DNA from: Magallana gigas
Taxonomy: Eukaryota
Reading direction: 5' to 3'
DNA: 64,000 nucleotides
Assembly (NCBI RefSeq): GCF_963853765.1
Contig: NC_088859.1
Location: 28,768,001 to 28,832,000 of the forward strand
Below are positions 9,901 to 21,800 of this stretch, piece after piece. The first letter of the stretch is position 1. Every line of letters begins with the position of its first letter. The notes beneath the pieces are model-generated. The model was not told the DNA's origin and did not search any database. It saw only the letters and a list, made by a program, of their open reading frames with translations. The position numbers and the translations under genes are program-made.

Positions 9901-12449
9901 AGTTTATAATTGTTGGAAAAGTAATCCTGATACCTATATTCAATTTGACATCATTTTAAAGAGGTCAAGAGCTCACATTCTGTGTTTCTCAATCCACTAT
10001 ATAACTTAAACACTGACTGAATTTAAATTGAGAGCTTGTTATTGTTCTTAGTACACAACTATTGCTTGAGTTACCTCTTCTTGCTTAGATACTTATTACT
10101 TATTGTGCTATTTAAAAAAAAAAGATTTTTTAATTTTATCAATAAAAAGTTCCCAACATAAGATACAATGCGAAACCTTTTTACCTGATATTTTATCATT
10201 ATTTTACAATTTTTATCAAATTCAATAATGGAGAATTAACAATTTTGAATTTGAGGGTGATACAGTCCCTTGACGACAATCTGAGATAGAGATATTTAGC
10301 TCTGATGGCAATACAGCCCTTATATAGATTTTGGTTGCTGTCTCACCTTCCAGTTGCTAGCTGTCTCACTAGTCAAAGACATGTGTATCAAAGCTGATAC
10401 ACTAAATGGCTTATGGTATAATTATGTACTTACATAGGGGGTGTGTTAGTTGTTGATATAAGCTCATCTTTCAAACGAATCAGTTCACGTAGTTTTGGAT
10501 ACTCCTCAAATCTGTTGGCAAGGCCTAGATGTGCAAAGAACAAAAATTAATTTATTAATTTACAAGTACATAGCTTTAATACACATACATAAATACCTGT
10601 TTGCTACCAAAAAATTATTGTCACAATTCTAATATTGCAACCATCAACCATCTACATTCAAATGACATATAAGAAAAAAAATTGTATTAAAGATTTCAAA
10701 AATTATTAGAGAGAATGTCAACTGTTGACTTAACACTATTAATTAAATTGTGCAAGTAACAAATTTGAAGCCAAAGGCAAAGAAAAACACAGTGTTTCTT
10801 GAATAATCATGTCCAGAAACAAACAATCAGTTGCAAGAGGTTATGAATAGACCAATACTTTTGCAGGAGATTTTAGTCTCCAACGTGGGAGATTGAATGA
10901 ATGTGGGAGATTTTAGATTTTCCAACCATTTGCTGGAGTCTCCCGAAAATGTGAGAGAGGGTTTACAGACGTGTATGTACCTGTGTCTCGGATAAAGTTC
11001 TGAGGTCTTTCTCCAGTATCCACAAAGTTCTGGCAGTAATCATTGTGCGGGTTGGCACTTTGTGTACCCTGAAACAAAGAAAGAAAAAGCACCTTAAAAG
11101 CATTTATAGCTCTTAAAGCTGTCCTATTGCAATCAAAACTATATGTACATATTTTTATAGGGTGTATTATCTGTAGTAATTGCAACGAAGTTTTTTTTTT
11201 CTTAAGATTAAGATCTTACTGTATTACCACATTGTGCTTTAATTCATACAAAAAATCAAATGTTGATTTACCAGTGTGCAGAACCAACCTTCAAAAATGT
11301 ACTGGAATCTTTGTAAAACTCATCTTCTTGATCTACACCATTCTGAAATCAAATCAGTTTGTTTAAAAACCTTTACAAACAATAATCATTTGAAAATACA
11401 TGTGCTCATAAAAGCTATGTAAAAATTGCATGATACATGTATTAGTTTTCCTGGTACAGGTATAATTTACAATGATTTTTCTTAGTTTTTGTCAGTGTGT
11501 CTAATATCAATTAAATATAAATAAGCATGAATGAATGAAATCCATTTGAACTGGATTTTTTTTTTGGTTACCTCAGAAGAAGTATTAGATTTCTTGTCAT
11601 TGGATTCTTTCACTTTTTCATCTTTACTGTCATCTGTCTTTGTTTTCTTTGTGGTAACTGCTCCACTGTCTCTACGGATAGTTGAAAAAAATTCTACGAT
11701 TATGGTGCATCTAAAATATACTTTGTACAAGTGTGTTGGCATCAACTCATTATTTTTATCTGTATGTATAAAGAATTACCATTAGATCCATTAAAAAAAC
11801 ACCTGGTTTTACCACATTGAAAAAACATTACAATTCCAAGTGAAATTGATATTTTTGCAATGGCAGCTACTATCATTCACATATAAACAGGCTGGGACCA
11901 ATCACCCAAATGGGCTATTATAGCCCATTTGGGATATCATATCCCAAATGTGATATAAATTTGAAGTGCAAAGTGATAAACAGATTAATACCCCTGGCTT
12001 TTCCTTTTCGCAGCTGCATCTTCTTTTATGTTGAGAACTTCTTTCAAACCATCTGGGCCTTCTACACCAAGCTTTGATTTAAAATATGAATACAGAAATC
12101 TTTAATTCAATGTTATTTAGCAGTGCTTACACCCACATTTCCTCTTAAACACAATGCAAAATTCGCTCAACTTATTTTTTTTTTCATTACTTAATATTAA
12201 AATTACATTCTTGGACGGGACAGCCTATGTTAATGAAAATTCTAACATCTAAAATTACCGAACTAAATCAAAAGATAGACGCCACACATAACATTCAATA
12301 GAGAATCGATTGAATTTTGCTCAACTAAATAAAACCATCTAAACGAATTCTTAAGAAATCCAATAAAAGACAAAAAATCTTACTGCTTTGGCAAGTAGCT
12401 CTTTTCTTTTAAGGGAACGCTCTTTGAGTTCTTTGAGGCGATCACCCAT
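6990..12449 (-). CDS. METTL14: N6-adenosine methyltransferase non-catalytic subunit METTL14, 10 exons, 470 aa
   Basis: Exons on -: 12449-12384, 12071-11992, 11671-11572, 11342-11289, 11068-10981, 10524-10434, 9185-9050, 8499-8407, 8177-8061, 7577-6990. All are GT-AG and phase-compatible, totalling 1413 nt. Diagnostic motifs: [67 protein letters not shown], the degenerate catalytic loop [69 protein letters not shown], and a C-terminal RGG tail. Confidence 0.98.
7791..8028. repeat. Tandem repeat of about 80 bp x3 in METTL14 intron 9
   Basis: The unit ACTTTCAG(T/C)TTGTAAAA...GAAGTTCTGACATGT(T/G)CATCTAAAG...AAACAC recurs three times with divergence. Confidence 0.8.
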
Positions 12450-12840
12450 GTTTATTTTTTTTTCCAGTCTACTTTCGGTTTGCAATATAAGTTAACTTGT
12501 TCTTGCAATTCTTCGCATCAGCTGGGACATCATAGCTTTTTTTGCAACCATTCGAAATAATCGGTATGTTGCGGTGACAATTTGGTTTAAATTAAAAAAA
12601 AATCCGACCTTTGTTTAATCTAATATCTACAAGTAATGAAAAATGGTAAGCAATTCTCAGCTTTCTGACACCAGGCCAGATGCAAATCAATATAGGGTAG
12701 CTTACTGAGTTCACAACACACCCCTGCGAATGTGTTCGGAATGTTTTCTTTATCGTTGCTAAGTATGTAATAAATCCAGAGAAGCTCGAATGAAAGTTCA
12801 CGAGACTTCACCTTGGTTTGTTCAGTTCCTGTGAAATTTC

Positions 12841-12850
12841 GAGCGGAAGT
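12841..12850. promoter_or_regulatory. ETS-type motif in the probable METTL14 promoter region
   Basis: GAGCGGAAGT about 400 bp upstream of the ATG, in a CpG-richer block (12420-12900). Motif match only. Confidence 0.3.
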
Positions 12851-13539
12851 ATAAGTGTTCGGATAATATTCTCAAAATACGTAAGTACTGGACGTTTTTC
12901 ATAACGTATCCTACTTTGGTTTTTGTTAAAACATGAAACTCTCTTAATATGTTTGTCTTATTTCACCATTTAGCGGTTTTTATATTAAACGATAATATTC
13001 AGAACAGAGTTATCGTTCGTGTTCAACCACGTGTTGAGTGGTTGAAAATATAAACATTGCGTGGCTTAATAAAATCATATCCATGTTTGATGCTTTTGGT
13101 GTGCAATACCATGTTTTAAAAAAAATAATGGATGTTTGTTTTGCATAAAAACTTAGTATATCGAGTCATTTTCAAGGAACATTCTGCATAAAATAGTATT
13201 GTCTGTTTCACTATTGATGCTATTATTACTAGGTCAGGCGCGGATCGAAAACTAATCCTCAGGGGAATCTCTACTCAGCATGTTAATTGTTGCAACAGCA
13301 GACAAAAACTATTTTTTGTATTTTTACATTTATTTCTAGAATACATTTTATCCACCAATTAATGAAGATAAAGTTTCAAATCAATAAACCTCTAGATTTA
13401 ATAATTGACTACTATAGTACCTAGATTCTATGAACTAGACTATAAACACGAGGCACAATTTTTACTGCGAAACTGAAAGGGTCAAATAAAACCACGTGGT
13501 CTAAAATTTAAATGACAATAACATTCGCAGGGGTGCAAC

Positions 13540-13890
13540 AGGTGGTATGGGGCACCTGTCGATTGATATTGTTATGAATAATAGTGCAATATAATCAAAA
13601 AAATTTCATCGTTTAAAATTTTTCAAATTTTACACTACTTGACCAAAATAATGCTCTAATTTTTTTTTTAAAAAGTAAAAATAAAATAAAAGTAATAAAA
13701 GTCCCAGTCGGAGGGATTCGAACTCATGACTTCAGATTTATAGCTAACGCTCTACAGTAACCCATTTCGCTACTCTGTTATAATAAGGTATCAATTTTGG
13801 GAAAGAATTTTTTTTTTATAAAATATGTTTGATTATATTGTTTATTTCCATGGGAAATGCACCACAATATGGAGGCATGCCATACCACCG
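13540..13890. mobile_element. Degenerate TIR element (Kolobok-like ends) containing a tRNA-like cassette
   Basis: Left GGTGGTATGGGGCACCT pairs with right GGAGGCATGCCATACCACC. The TSD is not cleanly preserved. Confidence 0.5.
13701..13778 (-). other. tRNA-derived Pol III promoter-like segment (not an intact tRNA)
   Basis: On -: A-box TAGCGAAATGG, B-box GAGTTCGAATCC, then a TTTT terminator. No clean cloverleaf. Confidence 0.6.
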
Positions 13891-14229
13891 TTAGATGTAA
13901 GTATATGTACAGTATATGAAATGAAACTTCAGGCTGTTCATTAACATTAACATTATCAATTTTCGCGAATTTCGTAAAACGTCCATTTTGAAGATTCGTA
14001 AATTTCTGTAAAAATTTGGAGGCATGATAATATAATTAAAATTCTAATTATTAATAAGTAAATTTATTATCATCCACGAAACATAATCTAAATCTGTACT
14101 TGTGAATTGAAATTTCAAAAAACTTACCAGTCAAGAAAAAAAGTTGGAAAAGAATTTAACCTTCTCCTCGCCCAGAAAATTTCAAATACAGTTGTAGAAA
14201 ATATTATTAGAATAATTGAATTTTAGATG

Positions 14230-15170
14230 CAAGAGATAGTCTCAGGGGATAAACATGTGATATTGGCAGGTGATATCAATGTCATAACTGGAACCAACAT
14301 AGACATCTTTAAATATTGACAATGAAAGGACTTATCAATTTGTTGAATATTGACTATGGAAGAAATTATCAGTTTGGTGAATTGTTTGAAACCACGGGGG
14401 ATGAAATGTCATCTATTAATAATAACTTATGATCATAAAGTTCAGTCAACACTATTAAAATTAAAGCAGCATCTCAGAGACTTACATTAGCAGTATAGTT
14501 GACTAGTAGTACTAGTAGTTTATTGGCGTATACATTAGCGATGCTGTTAACCAGATGATTGAGTCTGATGTGTGATCAACGGTTTCAATCAGGGTTTGAA
14601 TTCATAATTTATAACATATATAATTCAATATAAAATTTAAAAACTCTTTTTATAATTCTAAAATAATAAAAAGGCTAGTGGAGAAGATATTAGAGATGAG
14701 TAGATGAGTACACATCAGCTGATCATGATGTCAGACTTCGTAAAATTAATATTCAATTGTATCATCTGGTAATTTACCCCTGTCCCCCTATTCCCTATCT
14801 TGTTAAGAAAGGGAAAAAAATGCCCGTATACAAAAACAAGGATGAAAAAATCTACAAAATTATTGTCAGACATATTGAAAAACATTTCACTTCAACTTTT
14901 CAATTCTTAGTTGAACAAACCTATGTAAGTACGGACAAGTTTGAAGTATTGGACAAGAATCAAAGACACGAGTACCCAGTCATTCATTTTAACAGTGATT
15001 CATTTTCATAACATATCTCATTCAAACTTCAAATAAAAGCTTCGGAGTATGTTTGAAGATTTTGAAAAAGCGTTAGATAACATCTATTGAAAAGCATTAT
15101 AGTTATTTATGTTGGCATAGTTCTGCCACCTATTTATTCTCTAGATGATTATGCTGGCTTGTCTCATATA
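14230..15170 (+). mobile_element. Highly decayed LINE (APE endonuclease and RT remnants)
   Basis: VILAGDIN at 14257-14280 (APE GDxN motif). MPVYKNKD at about 14820 resembles IPxYKKGD. LDKNQ resembles LxxxQxGF. FEDFEKALD at 15052-15078 resembles FVDFEKAFD. Motifs are in the correct order, with many stops and frameshifts. Confidence 0.6.
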
Positions 15171-15834
15171 TCTCTTACAACTGGCTTTAACAAGTCTCAC
15201 AAATTACAAAGTGGTTAAAATACTTTGCTCTTAAAATATCCGCATATCGATGTAAAATGGTTTTGAGATTTTATAATAAATGAATGATTATTCTAACAAA
15301 TAAAATTTGATACATAGAATTCGTAAAAAGAAATCAATAACCAAACCCTTGTTGTTTTGTTAATCATGTTTCCTAACAGCAATTACAGGTAAATGATTTT
15401 TTATTTATTAGATAATATTGTATTATTCCTATCAATATCCGTTAAAAAAGACCCATATGAATATGAAAAGCTTTTCTTTAACTATACCTGGTATTAACCT
15501 CTTTAAATTGACCTTTCTTATACCGAAACCTTGTTGAATCACGAAATCGTAAGGAAGAAGGAAGTATAGTACAGAAAGGTTAACGAGAGCTGATAAGTAG
15601 GAACAGTCTTTTAAGAGTGTCTGTGATACACAAGAAAATTCCCAGGTTCTCGCGTCACTGCAACTGATGAATGAAAGTTGACATTAGATGCATAACGGTA
15701 TCTGACTGTTTATCAAATCTTTGTCCTACCTCTATGCTTACTAGTGTATTGGCTTGCTACACGTAATAAAGGGGTGTGTATAACATTATGTAGCGCTATA
15801 ATATTTACCAAATAACTAAAACTATTTCACAGAG

Positions 15835-15836
<2 letters not shown>

Positions 15837-15901
<65 letters not shown>
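15837..15901. repeat. (GA)n microsatellite
   Basis: Directly visible. Confidence 0.97.
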
Positions 15902-15904
<3 letters not shown>

Positions 15905-18477
15905 GATTGCAATGTACTTTTACAGAGACAGTTTCCAATGAGCTTATAGTTCGTAAGATGATTGCAATGTGCCTGCTGCGCATTACAACGCCTGGCAGAG
16001 CGTTGTCAAGAGAAATAGGGGTCATGTACTCTAGTGAGTTGTACTAAATATACCGATCAGAATATTTAAAATCATTCCAAATAATTATAAATTACGCTCA
16101 AGAATTATTCGCATGCATACAGACAAGTTTCGCGCAACTAGCATAGCTGCCCGAAATTGCCTCTCACTCAGAATGTTTCTAGGTACGCTGTATTAATCTG
16201 TATAAATCTTTGTGAATACTAGTATTTACTTGGTTTTACAAACCCTTATTTCCAATATCAGCCTAATTGGTTACTTATTAATCAATCTCGATATTGACAG
16301 TGTATGCAAGAGTCAATATCTCACACCTGAACAAAAGGTTGGCCTAATGATAATTGACGAGTCTTGTGCGTAAGCATTGTGATTCCAAGGAACAGGATAT
16401 TTATTAAAAATTCACTTGCATGGCACGCTCATCGTACAAAACCACCGTTCTGTTTCATCACTGTTTAACGATGTTAGATTTTTTTGCATAATCTTTAAAT
16501 GATAAGTAGAAACGTTTTCACACATTCACAAAATTATGTCAAGTACTTACATGTATGATATCAAGTTTATATTTAAAGCAAAGAAATTAGACCGAGGGAT
16601 CGATAAATATCAAGTATATGTATATTTTTTCCATTGACACTGAGAAAAGTTTCTCAATATTGGCTAAATGTGCAGGGCGGAGGGCGAATGCGATTGAAGA
16701 TTGAGATATATATACATTTCGAATCAAAAGAACAACTGACAATGACGTATCGGAAGTGTCTGCTGTATGTGTTCGGATTTATCTGTATCATCTTTATAAA
16801 GAAAACACGTGGATGCTGTGTCAAGTTAGAAATGTGTTGCATCTGCATCCTAGAGCCAAAGAAAGCAGACCACACGTTTTGTTTCTCGCCAAAATGTATC
16901 ATCGGTCAGCGCTCCTAATCTCGTAATGCGCGAATTAAGTGGCCCGTTTTATAAGAAGCGAAAATAAATGAATTTTTAAAAAGTCAATAAAGTTATGCAA
17001 TGGTCATATGAGTAAAATGATACAGTATATTATTGATTTTATTTTAAATCAAATTTAGTTAAAGGATTTAGAAAATGCAAAGAATAAAAAAAATATCGTT
17101 TTATGCTAGTTTTGTGAAATCTAATTTAGCGTATTCGCTAATTCAGAAAAGGTAACACTGCTGTGTATAAAGGGTACAATTTCAAAAGGTTCCATAAACT
17201 CAACTATTGTGTTACCGGAATCTCTACAGTCTGAATAAACATTAAGCGTTTCAGTTTAATATCACTGAGAATGTCTGCACTTAAAAATCTAAAGTTACAA
17301 AAATCTATACAAATTTACGAGAAGAGTGTTAAAATACATTATAAGCAGGCATTTTATTTTGACACGTTTGCCTGAAATGTTACAACCACAGAGTATATTT
17401 GCCAATAGCTCTAAATCTAACGTTTTGTGAGATTGCAATTTAGTTTCTAGGCATCTTCTTGCGATCACTTTGCACCAGTCATCAAAAAGTAAAGTGGGGA
17501 GGGGGGGGGGGGGGCGCAGCAGGTTTCACATTGAAGATTCTTGTCATTCACTTGATTCTCAAGGATCTAAATTTGATTTTTGTAAAGGACACTAATAATT
17601 TTAAAAATCCAAACCGCTGCACTCAATACATGGAAGATATATTTATTTTCACAAGTGGTCTGCCGCACAATCCATCATTCAATCGTAGTAAATGAATTAA
17701 AAGTAATTTAAATTTTATATTTTCTTAGAAAGGAACTTTATTGGATAAGAACTCAACAATTGAAAATTAACAGTCAACAAATTGCATAAAGTTTAAACCT
17801 TATGATTACACCCAGGAAGTTTTCAATTAATCGAGAATGTACCGGTATCCGTCTTGTATATGCATAAATATCTGGAAAAGGTTTGGAAATACAATTCTAG
17901 TACGTGTACATTTTTCATGTTTTGTCTTTTAAATGTCAAAATTTGTCTTCATATTCTGACGCAATGAATAGCTCTTAATTCTTAAGAAGAAAACACTAAA
18001 GTAATTATAGATTTCAAATAAAAATGTCGGGTTAACAAATAGTACTTATTCAGCGGAAAAAATTTACAACAACTTTTACAGAGAACGATCTGTCAAGTGT
18101 GTTCTCGCGTGACGACAAGGAAAACAGGGTATCCCTGTATGCTCATGCTGCAAGGGGAGAGGTATGCTGGAGATTTATCACGATCCGTCATCTGCTTCCT
18201 GTTTGCTAACACCCTATGACGACAGAACAGCTACCTGATCTTACCAGTGCTACTCAGTCAGTGCATATAATTCTGCAACATCAGATTGATTCTTGATATA
18301 GAATCATAAAACTCTTATTGTTTTAAAGTTGCTCATTGCAATCTAACAAACAAATTTAAGAAATCACATATTTCTTTAAAAAAAAAACCCAAAAACAAAA
18401 CATCTTTCTTCAATATTCACATTATATCAATTTTTGATATTATTAGAAAAATAAATTAACAGAAAAAAAATCAGGTG

Positions 18478-18804
18478 TCATGGTTGTTCATCGGATGATG
18501 GTAGTCTGTGTTTGTATTGAATTGAACTAAACTTTCTGACAGGAATATTGGATTTATTCGTTCGCACTTCTGTTCCAACACGATGGAGTTTTCTCATCGG
18601 CCTGGCACTTCCGTTAAGCGTCGTTGTTGCTTTGAGAGATTTACTGGAACACGAATTGTTGTTAAATGAGGTTTGTCTGTTGAGCATGGTGGTCCGTCGG
18701 TAAATGACACTGTCATATGTTGAAAGGCTGTATGTTCGAATCATCAAGTTCCGAAGGCAATGACTCCATGGAAACCAGTTGTGCATAAGCACAACTAAAT
18801 CTGC
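18478..18804 (-). CDS. GPCR paralogue B exon 3 (helix 8 and C-tail)
   Basis: Acceptor TTCCAG|GCA; ADLVVLMHNWFPW...SSDEQP*. Confidence 0.85.
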   Translation of the reverse strand, partial: ADLVVLMHNWFPWSHCLRNLMIRTYSLSTYDSVIYRRTTMLNRQTSFNNNSCSSKSLKATTTLNGSARPMRKLHRVGTEVRTNKSNIPVRKFSSIQYKHRLPSSDEQP

Positions 18805-21800
18805 CTGGAAAAGGAAATAAATGATTTTTTTTGAAAGAAGTATGATTACGATAGGATTATTTGTTATATACAAACTCATTTAACTTCTTCAAAGAATTAT
18901 TTTTCTTTGCGGATTATTGTATACAGGGAAATTTTCGCCCCCGTTTTTTTTTCGCCGGCCCTTTCGCCCTCTTTGTCAGTGGGCGAATTCCAATGTTCCA
19001 AGTTATCTCTTTAGTACACAAGCATATCTTAGCGAATTTAAGACGGCACAAAACCGAATCCAAATGTTGAAGGGGGAAAATAACACGGGGCGAAAATAAC
19101 ATTGTATACAGCATCACAGAAGTGCGGTATGTATACGGCAGATGCATCATCCTATGACTACTGCTACAGTGGGTCGGTTCAATAGAACTACCGGTAGTCT
19201 GAATAGAAGACGAAACCCATTAGCAGTTGAGAAACGATACATGTACTAATGGTAACTTGGACTTTTTTTTTCAACAAACATCACCATCCTTACCCCTACG
19301 ATAGATCACTGGAAGTCTTTTCAGCTTAATGCAAAACTTCGAGAATTATAGCCTTGTTGAATAATAAATCAAAATGGTGTACATTTAGAGAGCAATTAAA
19401 ATATTGATATTAAAGACAGAACTGAATTTCTATGGCGCCAGGAACATAACTAAGCGCGATATATGAAATGAATGTAGACGTCATATATACAATATTTATG
19501 CAGGTCGTCTATCTCCTATGACATAAAAGACGCGATTATTACACTATCCAAATTTCTTATACCCAGTTGCAAGTGATTATCTATGAGACGAGCCTTATTT
19601 ACGATGACATATATCATAATCAATTTAACATGTAACTAATGTACGTTTAGCTTGCAGAAAACACTTGCACTGTGTACAAAATACACACGCATGTTGATAC
19701 GAAGGAGTTCCATTGTTTTCTATAAGCATGGGAAAATAACAACACAACAAACCAAAACAACAAATCCATTTCCCCGTGTTTTCTATATACAACAGTGCAC
19801 GTGAAATTGTTAATATTGATGTCTCTAGGAAAACAGAGAGTTTGGATTACCACGTGTAGTCACGTACACTTAGCAATACTGTTGATGGATATATCAACTG
19901 CAGTTCCAAAGATATCCGTATCGTGCGTTTATCGCCTTTACTTCTTTATCACACCTTTCTGAATTTGTCAGGATTTGTATATTTTTCCATGACTCAATAG
20001 GAATGCCTGTATAACAGCTATTGTGTATGCTGGCGAGACTGCGCGTTTCGATGATTTTACAATAAGGTGTTTTCTTTGTTGTTCCATAGACATAAGATAG
20101 CGGATTTTGCATAGAAATACACAAAAATGTGTAATTATTTTTCTTGCAAACTATTTATTACCTTATTTATTTTTCTTTCTTTCTTTTTAGTCATTAAGAT
20201 GAAACAATCGAAAAATCTATGGCATGATACATATTTACGGAAGAGCCAGTACACATTTTAAATTTAACACTAGTCCATATTTTGACTAGGTCATAATGTT
20301 GGATTGCTAATTTTAATACAAAATGTAATCCGCAGTTACATATATGCAGAAAAGCATTAGTATATACAGAAAATATCTGAAGATATATACGAAAAATTGA
20401 TGGATGATATACGTACGACATACGTAGAAATATCACACATGTACCTGTACTAATATCCAAGGGTATTAAAGGGACATGGTCACGATTTTGGTCAAATTTT
20501 ATTTTTCTGTTTTTATTATTTACAGTGCTTAATGAATGCATTTCTAATGAACAAATGAAATTTGGGTGCCAGTCGTTGAGTTTTAGCCAAGATACAGGGC
20601 TCGCAATTCTTCGTCATGTAAACAGGGCTCGTGCCCTGTTTTTGTTTACATATCCTCTTATTTATTTTAAGCATTAACTAACAGTTCCTAACGATTAAAA
20701 CATTACGTTTGTGTTTAAAATTAGAATTTTCACTTCAACATTCAAAATGTAAACAAAAGCTTTGTTTACATAGCGAAGAATTGTAAGCTCTGTAACTCGC
20801 TTATAACTCAACAAATGACACTCAAATTTTGGTTGCCTTTTTAAAATGCCTTACGAAAGCATTGTACACACATAATCGAAAAAATAATTTCTGATCAAAA
20901 TCGTGACCATGCCCCTTTAAGATGCATGGATAAGATATGAAATATGTGTTTGCATATTAATTTTTTTTATCATTTTAAGAATATGATACGTCTTTCATTC
21001 TGTAAATGAACGTGAGCCAGTTTTAGTCAATGAATTGATTTTCACGAAAAAGAGTGCACGTTTTTCTCAATCAAATATTTTCAGCACATTTTACTTCCTC
21101 ATTCTTACGATTTTTCTTTTCAACACAACCATTTAATATGCATGTTTGTTTAAAAGTGACGAAAACATAATTTCTTTTTGTATAATGTACTTAGAATGAA
21201 CGAATAATTACAAATCGGTCTGCCATCTAGCCTTTTCTTTACCTTTTCAAGTGCATATGCATTGTCGGTTTAGGAGGAAACCAACTGCAACCTATTTGAT
21301 TTCTGCATCGATACTTTTCAAGTTAATTCTTTTAATTCTGAAATGGGAGGGTTAAATGTTGTTTGGTATGAATCTTCTTTTATTACCTCACAGATAACGG
21401 TACAATGCTGTTAGTGGATAACTGTTTATAACGGAGCCAGAAGTGGCGAAACGGGATATAGCGCTTCAATAAAGCAAACCCCGATGAACTTGATAACAAT
21501 ATTAATACTTTGTCTTAGGTGCTGTGCTGCGAGATGTGCACGAATCAGATTTAATGTCGATATGGCGATTTCTTATAGCAATAAAGATATGTTTTTTTCG
21601 CGATTTCTTAAGCATATTTGAGGAGTTTGGTAAGCTAATAAATCTTTATCTACACAACAACACTGGAAATACTGCGCATAAAGATGCCTAATCCCAATAC
21701 TATGTTCTAAAGAACCCACTGCATAAAGTCAAACAAAATCTTATCGATGATGTTTTCATTCATGACACCTGTTATGTCAGAAAAAACTATTTTCAAACGT

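Noticed and set aside
13701-13778. Functional tRNA genes here and at 62845-62916
   Set aside because: A and B boxes are present but there is no complete cloverleaf, and both lie inside repeats. Weaker tRNA-like traces at about 45940-46015 and 47500-47560 are too degenerate to call.
17497-17514. Poly-G/poly-C runs (also about 21810, 24265, 27475, 33580, 48800, 56022)
   Set aside because: These are typical internal parts of short dispersed repeats, with length prone to sequencing error. No specific function can be supported.
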